Positions 1 to 13,799 are shown, counted from the first letter of the whole stretch. The stretch: 63,690 nucleotides of DNA, filler included, from Welwitschia mirabilis (GCA_051453625.1; 5 parts of one record of this genome joined end to end with filler, not necessarily neighbours in it), one strand, 5' to 3'. Program-made: numbers and translations. Notes: generated from the sequence alone by a model not told the origin.

Positions 1-77
1 TTGTATTTTGCATCTTATTTATAATTAATAGAATTGAAATTAAAGCATGAAACATTGCACAAATACACACTGCAACA
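1..77 (+). repeat. 3' end of an Athila-type LTR (family also seen at 11094-11188 and 47448-47547)
   Basis: Ends ...AAATACACACTGCAACA and aligns by eye with 11111-11188 and 47471-47547. No PBS follows, so it is a 3' or solo LTR end. Confidence 0.75.
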
Positions 78-1066
78 TGCACCTAAGCATTTCAAATATA
101 AAATAACTCATGATTTAAAACTAAAAGAAAAAACTTCATGTATTACAAAAAGAAACAACTTTACAACAAAGGAATAAGAAGTAGGAGGAACTCCTCAGCA
201 ATTGTCAGAGACTAGCTTACTCCCTTAAAGAATCACTTAAAGATCTATCACAAGTTGATGATCTATAATTATCCTAGCCAAAGATGGTACAATAAAGGGT
301 TTATAGGAAGAGATGAGAGAGAGAAGTGGTTACAAGCCTTGGCTTATAACATTAGATGGATAGTTATAAATCATGATATTATGTAGGATGATTTGTCTTA
401 TGTTCCATTTGGTAAAGATGCTTATGAAAATGTCAACACTTGGATCTAAAGTGTTGTAGATGCTAGAAACCACTAATACATCATGTATCTCCACTATCAT
501 CCTACTTAGTCATGCCAAATGTCACTTTGTAAGTCCTCTTCATCGCCACCATATGTCATTAAGAATGCAATTATTTTTTATGTGAAATTTGATCAAGCCT
601 ATAATTACATTCTATTCAATTTTTCATGACATGTTAGGAATGTGAGTTTGAAGGCATTTTGTGCATATAAGTAGACAATGCCAGTAGTGCTAGTTGGTGG
701 TGCTGACATTTTAAGCTATTTGATGATTAGATTAAGGTACGTTCTTCAATTAAGCATAATTCATTAGAAAATGTTATGGGAAATAGTTAAGTTCATAATT
801 AATGTGAAAATCAATAGAAGACATGTTTTTATGATGAAATAAATTATATTAATTCCTTCTATTAATTTAATTAATCATTTAACTTGATCATAATATCAAA
901 TTTTTATATGTTAACACACCTCATAATTAGTCTTTTATTAGTGTCTTAATAAAAAGATAATAATAAAATAGTTAAACATGGAAAAATTATTGAATTTAGA
1001 TGTGATTAAGTATGAAAAATATGTAACTTTAAAAAATTTGTGGGTGTAGTAAAAATGAAGATGTCA
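78..1066 (-). repeat. Probable 3' LTR of the minus-strand gypsy host element, truncated at left
   Basis: The minus strand reads ...TTGAGGACAAG...TTAGGGGCTA|TGACATC at 1100->1062, a PPT-like tract abutting a TG start. There is a CCTATAAA TATA-like motif near 301-308 on the minus strand. No partner LTR is visible in the window. Confidence 0.45.
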
Positions 1067-2207
1067 TAGCCCCTAATTAAAACTAAACTTGTCCTCAAAG
1101 TTTATGATGAATAACTTTTAAGTCATTTGATTAGTCTAGAGAGAATTGTGAAGAGTTTTTAAATTGAAAACCATGTAAAATGGTGCAACTAATATAAAAA
1201 GAAAAAGACTAACTAATGTGAAAACATTACTATGTGAATGGTCTATCAATAAAAACAATTTATGCCTTAAGAGTTATTTCTCATAAAAAGGGCAATAAAG
1301 TGAAGTGAAACGCAGATGATAAATGCATCAAATGGACTAAACCATAAATCAATGAATAAATAAATGAACTATGCTAATTCATTCACCGTTTATTATATTT
1401 TCATATTTTCATTAGACCACAATATCAACTAAGCAAACTTTTAACCAAGTAACTTATATGAATTCAAGGAATTGATGCAAATCCTATGCATGAAGGTTAA
1501 GACACAATTAGTTATTTCTTTATTTTTAAGTTATACCTTTATGTATGTTCTTAGTGTTTATACCTTTGAATCACATTAAGCATCTAGTATTATGATATTT
1601 TTTTCCAATAAAGTTAAGCATGTTATATTTGCGAAAATCAGTGCTACATTATCAGCGAGCATTCATAGCCCTAATGTAGTTGAACACATTGCAATTAGAT
1701 CATTAGAGTTTCATTGTTAATAGGTATTGATAACCCTGATGCATTTAAATAAAACTAACTAAGTGATTAATATTATATGCTTTTAGAGAAGAGATATATT
1801 ATTTTCTTTCATTCATCTTCCAATAGTCATTTTTATGCACATTAGGGGGTCATTGACTCATTAGCCTAGTCAAGATAAATCTTGTCCTCATTAAAGGCTT
1901 TATACTTAAGGGGCACATACAAAGGTAAGTCCCATCTTTTTAAGTAATTATTTTCAAGACTAAGACCTTTAGTGAATGCATCTTTAACCAATGCACTTTA
2001 AATAAGCTTACTTTTATTTGAAACCCATAAGTAAATTCAAGCTTAACTATTACTCAAGTGATAATGAGATTGCTTTATTATTCATTTTTATTTAAGGACT
2101 ACTAATCTAGGTTATTAAGTCTTAGAAACTCATGGGTTGATTACTTGAATGGATGATTTAAGTATCTTATGAGGTAATTTAAAATGGATTTAATGTATGG
2201 AAATGCA

Positions 2208-2976
2208 TTAATAGATGGTGAGATGGGTAATGATGTTGATGCTCGTGCAAAGGTCATCCTTAAACAAAAATTTTTTTTTAGGATGGCTTATTATAGAAGA
2301 CTCAAAAGGATTGTGACTATTGGATTTAGAGTCATCGAAGTAATAATCAAAAGAAAGTAAAGAATGGGAAATATTTGGCTCAAAAGGAGAACATTCAAAG
2401 TTGTAAGTTTTATTGATCCAATTAGCATCTTCAAGATTACCTAGTAATTTCATTACATTAAAAGGATTTAATTTCAAGATCATGTTGCTAAAAAATATTT
2501 TTATTTGACCATTCCTATAATTAATTAGGACATTTTAGGTTTCAAGGAAAGGTCTTCTTAAAATGATGGGCATTGAATTGCATTTTGTTGCATCCATATC
2601 TAAAACGATGGAGTTAGCTGGTAAATATTAGTTATAAACTTCAACTATTACATCCTTAACTATTCCTAAGGATGACTTCATAGAATTTTATACCAATTGC
2701 AATTGGATTTTAATGTGTTTAAATCATTTTAGCCAAGTTCCTTATAACTATAGTGGGGTAAAATCTTGACACTTCCTCTCAAGTATAACAAGGATTGCTT
2801 AATAGTTTTGTCTCTAATTGTAATACCTATTGTGGAGTAACTTGAATCTTTATACTTAAGCAAAAAATAGTTTTTGAATGATTTCATTAGATTATTAGGC
2901 TACGAAGGCTTTGCTCTTAACATTTATGCATCTTTTAATAGTGCACATGTCCTAAGGGAATTTTGCATAAGAAGGC
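2208..2976 (-). pseudogene. pol: Aspartic protease region of an Athila gag-pol, degenerate
   Basis: Manual translation gives PSYAKF(P*)DMCTIKR ... KDSSYSTIGITIRDKTIKQSLLYLRGSVKILPHYSYKELG*, matching the Athila KDPG.PTI...ALLDLGASVN.LP pattern. Includes track ORF 2208-2483 as the C-terminal tail. Confidence 0.75.
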
Positions 2977-5900
2977 TAAAGAAAAATTAATTTTATAATA
3001 TTAGGATTATAATGGTTAAATTATGTTGCGGTGTAAATATATTTAATTGTGAACTTCTTTAGGGAAACCTATAAATCAAATAACTTGCAGAAAACACACG
3101 TTAGTATAGACGACAGTTCACCCGAATGTCATAATCCCAATGAAGGCATTAAACTTAGAGTTAGAGAATTGATTTTCAATATATTTTTGGATCTTTTATC
3201 TTATAAAAACTAGAAGAAAATAAATGAGTAAATGCAATGCAAGTGAAGGAATATGAAATGTAGTGAAATAAAATGGAAATGTAATGGATTCCACTTAGAT
3301 CTTAGTCTTTCTGTCATAAGAACTATCTTCTTTATAATTTAGATTAATTAAAAAGAGCCTTTAACTAGTTATTAACCAACATAAACTATGAGATCTATCA
3401 AGTAGATTAATAAATGAAATATGAAATAGAATAAAAAATCAATGAAAATCTAATACTAAATAAGATCAACATTAACAAAGGTTTCCCTTATGATCTAGAT
3501 AAATCACAAAGTTGTCAAAGTAAACTATGATCAATGTAAATCATAAGAAACATATAGAATGGAAATTAAATAATGATTATATTGATTTAAAAGAGCATTT
3601 AGGAACATTAAATCCACTTACAAACAGAATAACAATACCTCAATGAAAGAGACTTAGCTTAATACCAAGGAATCTCCTTTCTGTAGCTCTAGATGGATAT
3701 CTTGTCCTTTAATCTTTCATCATAAGCATATTAGGTATAAAATATGGAAACAAAAATTAAGGAGGAGAAGGGTATTTATAGTTTGGATTGAGGTTCTAGA
3801 AATAAAACCTTAGAAGTTATAAAAGAAGCCCTAATAGTCCACATGGGTCGCTTGACTCCATTACAAAGATATTTCTTTTCAACTATATAAAAATAGTTGT
3901 TGTCCCAATTGTGGTTGGGACAACATCGGAAACGTTACCCTACATCAAATATNNNNNNNNNNNNNNNNNNNNNNNNNNNNNNNNNNNNNNNNNNNNNNNN
4001 NNNNNNNNNNNNNNNNNNNNNNNNNNNNNNNNNNNNNNNNNNNNNNNNNNNNATACCAAGTAATCTCCTTTCTGTAGCTCTAGATGTATCTCTTGTCCTT
4101 CAATCTTCCATCACACGCATATTAGGTATAAAATATGGAAAAAAAAATTAAGGAGGGGAAGGGTATTTATAGTTTGGATTGAGGTTCTAGAAACAAAACC
4201 TTAGAAGTTAGAAAAGAATCCCTAATGGTCCACATGGGTTGCTTGACTTCATTACAAAGATATTTCTTTTCAACTATACAAAAATAGTTATCGTCCCAAC
4301 TGTGGTTGGGACAACATCAGAAATGTTACCTTACATCAAATATCTTCATTCCTCACTGTCATCCCTGTAGATTTTATCCATGTCAGTAGTGTCATCATTC
4401 TGCATGTTATGGAGATGACATAGGGGATGACATTCTTCCTTATATCCAATCTCAAAGGTAAATCAGTCTTTTGCATTATGAAGTCTTCTTCCAAATATGC
4501 AGTATCAGAATAAGCCTGTGAAACTACAAAATATGCTAAGAATAACATGTTTTACTAATCATCTTATTAGATCTCCATAGTCATTAGTATTTCATCATAA
4601 CCTATGTAAATGTCCTATAAAATCACTCAAAATACACCATCAAATTCCTACAAATTGGCATTGAAACAAATTAACAATATTAAACTTTTAAATTGAATAT
4701 AGAAATCTAGTTCATATAATTTTTGAGTTCTGTGTTAAATATCAATGTGAAATATTGGCTCTTAAGCTACAAGCTTTTAATGATAATGTTCTCAATTAAA
4801 TTATTTGATATTCATAAATATCATCTTAAAGATAAACTAAAATCTGTAGACTTACTACCCAAACCTATGGGAAACATTTACTATTAGGTCTTATCTTTTA
4901 AAATATGAGGTAATTAAATTTTGAAAGAGAGGTTATTACTCCTTGGTTTTTCTAGTATTTTCTTTGGTAAAGTATGTACTTCCTTGATATCCTTCTTGGT
5001 TATTTTCAATAATGGAATAAGCAACATTAGCATTGCATTGAGTTTTTAACTAAATGCTACAATTTATTATAATCATTATTCTACCTATGTTATAATTGAA
5101 AATTTGATTTTAGAGTAATAATCATATCATTATTTCTTGAGTTTGCCATCCATCCCATGATGAAAGTATCTACCTTTTCTAAATTTTTTGGAATATTTAA
5201 TTTTTATAGTGAACTTTGAGTCTTAGATCTTATGCATTTATCATCCTAAGAATCCATTAATTTTGAATAAAACTATATACAAAGTTATAACTAGCACTAT
5301 TAACATAGTGATTCCTATAAATATACCACTTCAATTTCATTCTGAGGAATCCATTCATAGTTTTGCTAGTGAAATCCTTCTTAGGAGTCTTTTACTATGC
5401 AAATGTGTATGTTAAATAATGGCATGTGGGTAAAAAAAATTTGGAGCTCATGTTAATCATTGACACAACTAGATTTAGTTGTAAATGTGAAGGTTTTAGA
5501 GCATCATAATTTTGTGTTATTGGCATTGATTACCAAAAATGATGACATGTATTTTTTTTTCATACAAGATAGCTTCAAAGTAATTAGACTTATTTGAGAA
5601 TTCAAATTATAGTTTCAAGTTACTTTTGAGGTTACTTAAATTAATCTCTTACTATTCTTTGTTGTTGAGATTTTCTCATGATTTTCTTTTCCTTAATGTT
5701 CTAGGCTTTGCTAGAATCAACTAGTTTATTCACATTACCAAGAAAAGATATCAAAATCTATTTTATAAACTCTTAGAAGCATTTAGGATAGTTAGAAGTA
5801 TCTGTTATTATGTTTGAAATTTCTATTTCCATCTTGGATCTTCATTTTTATTGTAAGTTATAATTACTTTGTAATTTTTATAAAGATCAAAATATATAGC

Positions 5901-7007
5901 TTCCTCTATGCCCTACTAGTAGTAGTAGAAAAGATGTAGGAAATCACTCCATTCTAGGGGTGTTTATTGAGGAAACATTCCTTGATGGATGTCTTTCCTC
6001 TGTTTGTCACTCTACAACTTTGAATTGAGAATCTTATGTTTAGTTTGGGTTTGTACATCTTTGGGAAGTTGTGTTGCAGGTTCCTAATGGAGGTCTATGC
6101 ATAAATATATTACATGGCTAAAAAATGTTGTAGCATTATCTAAAATAAAATTGATATCACTGGGTTACACTATCTAAAGAATTAATGTGGTGTGCTATGT
6201 GTTGTCCTGTCCTTAATCTTACCACATTTTTGAATCTAATGTTTCTTATAGTGAATCCATTTTTCACCTCCAAAATAATAATCACAAATTGAAGACATTA
6301 TGCTTTTCTTTAACTTTTATGTTATGTTGGTTTGTGAGTTGTTGAATATATTTTTCATTTATACCTAGCCCCTAGAGTTTTATGCTCTTGATGGTTCCTC
6401 TAATTAAAGCACATAGCAAGTTCACAAGAAGTAAATTTATTCCAAAAAATTCCAAATTAGACACAAGAAAGAATGTTGTAAAGTTGGATCAGTATCATGT
6501 TTAAGTTTGAGTAATCTTCCAACTCTGATTCCTATTCACTGACCTTCAAGCTTCAATCATTGCTATTTATTTCTTATAATTTTAAAATTTAAATGTTTTA
6601 TTAGAATTAATCCTTTGCATTAAAACATTTATAAGTACATATTTAATAATTTATTTAGTTTTAAATGAGAAAAAATGGTTTTATGATTTCTTTATAAATG
6701 TCCACACAAGTAATGTTGCAGCTGTTTTATTGATTATATCACATTAAAATTAAAATTTTATGTTTCATTAAAAGCCATTTTATCATTTTTATAATGTGAT
6801 TTGATTTATAAAAATTATCATGTATTTATCAATGTCATTAAATGTTAATGATTTTAATTAATAAGCATGCTTTGTAAAGGGAAGATTTGGCTAAATGGTA
6901 TTCATCTTAAGATGTTCTTTATGGATTCATGCTTGTATGACTAATTCTTATGCACTAGGCTTAATTATATTTTTCAAAAGTTCCTTCTAAATCTTGTTAT
7001 AACTATA
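2977..7007 (+). repeat. 5' LTR of the LARD-like element (~2.4 kb net, interrupted at 3024-4668)
   Basis: Starts TAAAGAAAAATT (TG decayed to TA) and ends AACTATA (CA decayed to TA). Colinear with 9034-11485 along its length. Confidence 0.82.
3024..4668 (-). mobile_element. Athila-type solo LTR with TSD
   Basis: + strand runs TGTTGCGGTG...GGCATTGAAACA, flanked by AATTA at 3019-3023 and 4669-4673. Homologous to LTRs 18686-20046 and 34257-35647. The empty site is visible in the sister LTR at ~9070-9090. Length is inflated ~390 bp by a gap duplication. Confidence 0.9.
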
Positions 7008-7022
7008 ATTGATACTAGAGCC
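7008..7022 (+). promoter_or_regulatory. Primer-binding site, tRNA-iMet type (degenerate)
   Basis: ATTGATACTAGAGCC versus canonical (AT)TGGTATCAGAGCC, immediately after the 5' LTR end. Confidence 0.7.
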
Positions 7023-9022
7023 CTCATCAAGTTTTTGATAAATTTCTAATTCTTGATTTTAATTCTTATAATCATGATGTAAGAAATTCTAATAATGATT
7101 TTGAGGATGAAAAGAACCATACCAATTCCTCTACAAATGCTAAATCTAGTTAATATCCTAGTCAAATTCATGATGAGAGTCTTGAAGATGCTCCATGATC
7201 TTAAGAAGGCAATAATAAAATATTGGTACCACTATTAAGGCAAAGGTATTCAATGCCTTTTTAAAAGATCAAGTGACCTTTAAATATTTTTAGATTCTCA
7301 TTATATTCTAAATCCTATGTAATTCATATTTCATTTTAAAATCCCATCAAATTCTAGTCTAGTTCTTATTCTTAATAAGTTTTTAATTAACTAAATCTTG
7401 TTAAATTCATTATGAGCTCTTGACTACTCTTGTCTAATTCTTAATTATGAAACCTTTTTCACATTTCTTCTCTCTAACTCTTATAAAATTCTTGATTTGT
7501 CAATATCATAAATTTTTAAACTCTTATTGAAGTCTTGTCTAAGTCTATATCTAACTCATGATAGATTTCTATTTATACCAAACTCCTAATTTAAATTCTC
7601 AAATTTTTGTGAAAGGCTTAAATTTCTAAAATCCTATCTATTAAATTTAAATTGAGTCTTTTGATAAATAAATTTCTTTTAAGATCTTGAATTCCTAAAC
7701 TCTTGTTCAACTCTCAAATTCGTAGCAAGATTTTAAATTCATTTAAGTTCCTAAATTTCTAAACTTTTATTTAGTTTTTTAACAAATTCTTGAAAAGTGA
7801 TTGCTTTCTAAATATTATGACACTCTTGTATTCTAACTATTGATTAAATTCTTGTATGAAGACCTTTATGAGAAAACTTTGGTTCAATCTTGTTCTAATT
7901 ATAGATTGTTAACATCTTAATATGCATGAGGGCTAGGTATGTAATAATGTTTTTTATTAGTATAGTTAAGTTTTAAATATTGATAAATTCATATTGGGTT
8001 CCAAATCTTGTCTATAAAATTAAAGTCTTATTCTTATTCTTGACAAGTTATTAATTAATTAAATCTTTTTTTCTCATCCTGTGAAGTTCTTGATAACTTC
8101 TTAATTATAATTCTTATGATTACAATCCTTACTGATTGTAATATTGACTTTGATAATAGTGAGAAGAAACATACTAATTCAAGATGATCATCTAAATCAT
8201 GTTAAGTTCCTAGGTTATTTCAAAAATATTATCTAACTGCTAAGTCTTAAATCTTGAGTTTTGGTTATCAAATCCCATTTACTTCATGCTTGAATTCAAT
8301 TCATGATTCTAAGCTAGTGCATGTGTTAACAAAAATTTGGTTTAATATTCATGAAACTAATAATGAAAATTTCTTATCTCTCTTTTTCTATGAATTCTTG
8401 AATTTTAGTCTACTTCTTGTCTAGCTTTTGAATTTCTTTCTAGCTCATATCTAAGTCTCAAATTCTTGAATTCATATCTAGCTCATGTCTAATTATTGAA
8501 TTCTTAATTCTAGTTTTAGACTAGTTTCTGAAAAATTGAAGTTATGCATAATAGAATCATCTTTGTAAAAGGAAAATTATAAACATTAAATCTTAATGTG
8601 TTGTATGGTATCCCAAAATGAATTTAATTTGTACTGGGTTTTGATGAATGTCATACTAATGAAGAAAAGAGAAAATAACTACTTTGAGAACATGATCAAG
8701 TTGTGAATCTAGTACTAGCAAAAAAAATCTCATTCAAGTTCTTATTTAAGGTTTTACACAATTCGCTTGATGATGCATGTGCATTCTAGTTCTTGAAAAG
8801 CTCTTGATAAATTTGATAAAACTCCAGATTAGAGGGAGAAAATTCGTAATGAACTATTACCTATTATAGTTTATGATCAAAATCCTAAATCTTGTAATTC
8901 TAATTTTTGAAAGATTGATAAAATCCACATGAGTAAATTCCAAATCCTTGATATGAAGGTCAAAGAAGAGAATTTAAAAAATCAAATTCTTATCTTGATT
9001 TGTGTATCATGACCTTAACATT

Positions 9023-9033
9023 AAGGGGAAGAT
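9023..9033 (+). promoter_or_regulatory. Polypurine tract, Copia-like
   Basis: AAGGGGAAGAT immediately before TGAAG at 9034. Resembles the AAGGGGGAGAT|TG junction of Copia (SIRE/Maximus-type) elements. Confidence 0.75.
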
Positions 9034-11485
9034 TGAAGAAAAATTAGTTTTGTAATATTCAGGTCACAATGGTTGAACTAACAATATTAAACTTTTAACT
9101 TAAATATAGAAATATATTTTATAAAATTCTTAAATTCTATGTGAAATTTCAATGCAAAATCTTGGCTCCTAATCTACAAGCTTTTAATGATAATGTTCTT
9201 GATTAAATTTTTTGGGTATTTACAAAGATCATCCTAGATATAAATTAAAAGATACAAGCTTACTACCTAGACTTATGGTAAACATTTACTATTAGATCTT
9301 GACTTTTGAAAGATGAGATAATTGAAGTTTGGAAAAGAGATAATTAATCCTTCATTTCTTTAATATTTTCTTTGATAAAGTATGTACTTCCTTGATATCC
9401 TTCTTGGTTATTTTTAATAATGGAGAAGAAAATATTAGCATTTCATTGAGTTTTAATCTAAATGTTATAATTAACCATTATTCTACCCCTATTATAATTG
9501 AAAATATGATTCTAGAGTAATAATCATATCATGATTTATTGCATTCACCATTCATTCCGTGCTGAGTACCTAGATCATTAAAATTGGAAGTCCACTTATT
9601 TCCTAAATTTCTTGGACTCTTTAATTTTTGTAGCTAACTCTAAGTTTTTAATCTTATGAAGTTATCATCCTAATAATTTATTAATGAGGGATAGAACTAT
9701 GTACATAATAATAATTGGCACTGTCAACATAGCAATTCCTATAAATGGACTACTTTAATTTCTTTTTGAGGAGTTCATTCATAGTTTTACTAATGAAATC
9801 CTTCATAGGCATATTTTCTTATGAAAACATGTATGTCAAATAATGGAATGTGGGTAAAAAGAAAAGTTGAATTTCTTGTATACATTGGCATAACTATCAT
9901 TAGCTGTATATGTAAATGTTTTAGAGCATCATAATTTTGTGTTATTAGCATTGATTACCAAAAATGATGACATGTATTTCTATTCATAAAAGATAAATTG
10001 AAATTAATTAGAGTCATTTAAGAATTTAAATTCTAGTTTTAAGTTACTTTTAAGCTCACTTAAATTAATCTTCTCTTATTCTTTGTTGCCAAGATTTGCT
10101 CATGATTTTTTTGGTTAATGTTCTATGCTTTGCTTTTACAAAGAAAAGATGTTAAAATTTATTTTCAAAAATATTAAAATCATTTAACATAGATAGAGGT
10201 ATCTATTTCTATGTCTGAAATTGTTATTTTCCTCTTGAATCTACATTCTTTTCTTAAGTTATAATCAATTTTATATTTTAGTAAAGATCAAAATATATAA
10301 AGATGAGATTCCTTTGTGTCCTCTAGGCAATACTAGAAAAGGTGTAGGAAATCACCTCATTCTAGGGATTTTCATTAAGAAAACACCCTATTATGCATGT
10401 TTTTTCTCTGCTTATCACTCTGCAGCTTTGAATTGAGAATCTTATGTTCTAGTTTGGGTCTATACATCTTTGGAAAGTTATGTTGTAGGTTCCTAATGGA
10501 AATCTATGTAAAAATATGTTGCATGACTAAAAAATACTATAGGATTATCTAAAATAAAATTGATGCCATTGTGTTACACTCTCTAAAGAATTGAAACTAT
10601 GCACTATGGATTGTTCTACCCTCATTCTTATTGTATTTTTTAATCCAATGTTTCTTGTATTGAATCCATTTTTCACCTCTAGAGCAATAATTACAGACTG
10701 AAGACACCATGACTTCCTTTAAATTTTATGTTATGTTGATCTGTAAGCTATTAAATCTCCTTTCCATCTATACCTAGTCCTTGAAATTTTGTACTCTTAA
10801 TGGTCCCTTCAAGAAAATCACATAGCAACTTCACAAGAAGTAAATTTAGTCCAAATAATTTCAAGTTAGGCACAACAAAGAATGTTGTAAAGTTTGATCT
10901 ATCTCATGTTCAAGTCCAAGTGATCTTCCAACTCCAATTCCTCTTCAATGGCCTCCAGGTTTCAATTATTACTCTTAATTTCTTATCATTTTATAATATT
11001 AATGTTTTAGTAGAATCAAATCTTTTGCATTAAAACATTTTATAAGCAACNNNNNNNNNNNNNNNNNNNNNNNNNNNNNNNNNNNNNNNNNNNTCCGTCT
11101 ATACTAGCGTGTTGTATTTTGCATCTTATTGATAATTAACAGGATTGGAATTTGAACGTGAACTATTGCATAAATACACACCGCAACATATGTTTACATA
11201 AATTTTGTTGATTATATCATATTAAATTCAAAATTCTATGTTTAATTAAAAGCCTTGTTATTATTTTTACAAAGTAATTTGATCTATAAAAAATGCCATG
11301 TATTAGTTAATTTCATTAAATGTTTATGATTTTAATTAATATGCATGCTTTACAAAAAGAAGATATGGCTATATGGTGTTCATCCTAAGATGATTTTTAT
11401 GAATTCATGCTTGTATGAAAAATCCTTGTGCATTAGGCTTAATTATATTTTTCATAAGTTACTTCTAAATTTTGTTAGAACTACA
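9034..11485 (+). repeat. 3' LTR of the LARD-like element
   Basis: TGAAGAAAAATT...GTTAGAACTACA with intact TG/CA ends, followed by the AAGGC TSD. Interrupted at 11051-11188 by a gap and an Athila LTR end. Confidence 0.85.
11094..11188 (+). repeat. 3' end of an Athila-type LTR inserted in the LARD 3' LTR
   Basis: Ends ...ATACACACCGCAACA. Absent from the sister LTR (~6640-6720). Same family as 1-77 and 47448-47547. Confidence 0.75.
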
Positions 11486-11490
11486 AAGGC

Positions 11491-13100
11491 ACCTTCTTAA
11501 TTGCTTCTAAAAAATGCATGTGGATCCTAACTTCTTTAAAATTTTTTAAGTCCTCAAGTTGTTGTTTCTTAATGTTCTCCTTTTTAAGGCATTGGATAAA
11601 AGGTAAAGGCTCTCTATACATGGGAAAGGATTCTTCTAAGTCTATTACCTTTTCTTTATTTAAAACTTGAAGGAAAGCTAAGTATTCTTGATAAGGGATT
11701 ATGTCTTTTTCTTTTACTTTTCCTTCATTTTTAGATTTGCTCTATGTTAATCCTTGGTTAATTTCTATGTTACTTTTATGGTGAATTTCTTTTATTTACT
11801 TTAAGTGGATTTACCCTTTTTCGACAAACCTAACTCCCTTTGGATTTAGTTGAGCACTTATTAAAAGTTTTTTTTGTCTTCATTTGGTTTAATGATGAAA
11901 GGATGTGGGTGGTGATTTCTTGGAGTTGGTGCATGCTCTATCTAAGTCTTTGATTTATTTGTGCTTGTGATTTCATAAACGTCTTAAAGATTTTCTCCAA
12001 TGGGTTAGATGAAGCTGTTTGATGATTTGATGATGAAGGATAAGGTTGAAAAGATAAGGGAAATGAGTTTTAAAGATAATAATCTTGTTATATATTATTA
12101 TCCTACTTACAAAATAAATTAGGATGATTTCACCAATTAAGGTTGTAAGTATTTAAGTATGGATTATTTTTGGGATTTTTCCATTAGTGTCCTATTGTGT
12201 TTACCTACATATGGACTATGTTTTGGAATAGAGAAATGGAGAGAGATTTGATGGTTTTGTGAATATCAATATCGCGAATAAGACATTTTGGTTTAATGAC
12301 CATGAATGAAGGTGAAAGTAAAGTGGTTAAATATTCTATTCTTCTTGCTAATTAATCTATTTTGTTATTTACTTTAAAATTTAAGGGGATCTTAAAAAAA
12401 AAAAATTGATATTTGGGATGATGAGATCTTGAAGTTTTGGTAGGATTTTACCAATTTTTTAAGCTCTTAGATATACTTTCTAAGTATTTTTAAACCTCAT
12501 CTAGGGGCATGCTAAAAAAATTACTTTGGCTCATCATCTTAACTAATTGATGATTATTAATGGACAAACCATCATAGAAGAAACTTATTTCCCTACCTAG
12601 CTCAAACCCATATTGGAAACATTTTAAGAATAGGTATTTAAATCATTCTAATGTTTGAGAAAAAGTATCATGGTCCTTCTATTGAAAATTCATGATTTCT
12701 TTTCTTAAGGAAATTGTCTTATAATTAGGAAATAATTTAGATATGAAAGCTATATTTAGGTTAGCTTGAGTTGTAATGAAAAGGGGTTTTGAGGTGTATA
12801 ACTAGGATTTCAAGTTTTATTTTAAGGAAAAAGGAAATAAGATAAGCCTAAGTTCATTATGAGTATTAGGATACTAAGGGACGATTGATAGGACACATTC
12901 AAATCCTTTGAGGTGAAGGTATGGGTCCTCAGACTCTAATCCATGGAAATAAGGCAAGAGTTGGATAATGAAAGGTTTGAATTCTAGCCTTTGATTAATA
13001 GATCATGGCATTAAGTAAGAAGGTATTCCTAGGCATTTTAGTTAGAGGTAACCTTAGAGGATTTTCCTAGATTGGTTAGCAGCAACAGTGAGAGTGGCTT
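11491..13100 (-). pseudogene. gag: Retrotransposon gag (Athila type), degenerate
   Basis: Manual translation: EFKPFIIQLLPYFHGLESEDPYLHLKGF; LRLILFPFSLK*; KTISLRKEIMNFQ*KDHDTFSQ; FKEVRIHMHFLEAIKKVP. Many in-frame stops. Confidence 0.85.
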
Positions 13101-13799
13101 ATCATTTGACTGCTTCTTAGAGAAAATAGTAGGCTATCAACCTATTAATTGTCTTCTAGTTAGATGAAGATCCATTAAAGGGATCTTGAAGATTAAGTTT
13201 CTCATTTGGGTTTTGCTTTTATTATTGTAATGAGGCATTTGTTGATTAGTTTGATTGTTTTAAAAGGTTTAGGTTTGGTCTCTTTGGGAATTATTGTAAG
13301 CTTGGTTTTTAGTATCTTACATTCTTTTATGACTAGTATAGGAGTTTATGTTCTTTTAAATTAAACTTTAAGTTTTTTCATGAGTCCAGGTTATGCAAGA
13401 ATAAGTTTAAAAGATTTCAAGTAGGTTTCAAATAGTTTTTAAGTCAAATTTCATAGGGCTTATAAGATGGTTTATTTTAGTTATTGCACAAAAGGTTTTA
13501 TAAAAAAATTGTAAGTGTTTTGGGTTAGAAGAATAATAGTGCTAGTAAGAGCAAGTAATAGCACCAATTAAGTTTTGAGTTTTAGGTTCAGTTTTCACAA
13601 AGAAATTTTTTAATCATATACAAAATAATTATAATAATAATGTGAAATAAAATTAAAATCAAAAACATGAATGAAATAGATCATAATGTTTATTAAAATT
13701 AGTAGAAAATATTGAACGAAATACATCATAATTTTTATTAAAATTAGTACAAAATATTTTTAGATTTCAAAGGTTTGTTGTAATACATATTTGTACTCC

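Larger units (their letters stand above)
2977..11485 (+). mobile_element. Non-autonomous LARD-like LTR retrotransposon with Copia-type priming signals
   Basis: Direct repeats 2977-7007 (excluding the nested solo LTR) and 9034-11485. 5 bp TSD AAGGC at 2972-2976 and 11486-11490. Degenerate tRNA-iMet PBS at 7008-7022, PPT at 9023-9033, and a ~2 kb internal region with no recognisable ORF. Confidence 0.85.

Noticed and set aside
5460..5545. Possible SWIM zinc finger / MULE-FAR1 transposase remnant (FSCKCEGFRAS*FC; also WIHACM near 6920)
   Set aside because: The C-x-H is missing, the frames are not maintained in the sister copy, and both lie inside an LTR. Too weak without a profile search.
4669..11485. 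Segmental or tandem duplication of a host gene
   Set aside because: The repeat boundaries coincide with TG/CA-type ends, PBS, PPT and a 5 bp TSD, so these are LTRs.
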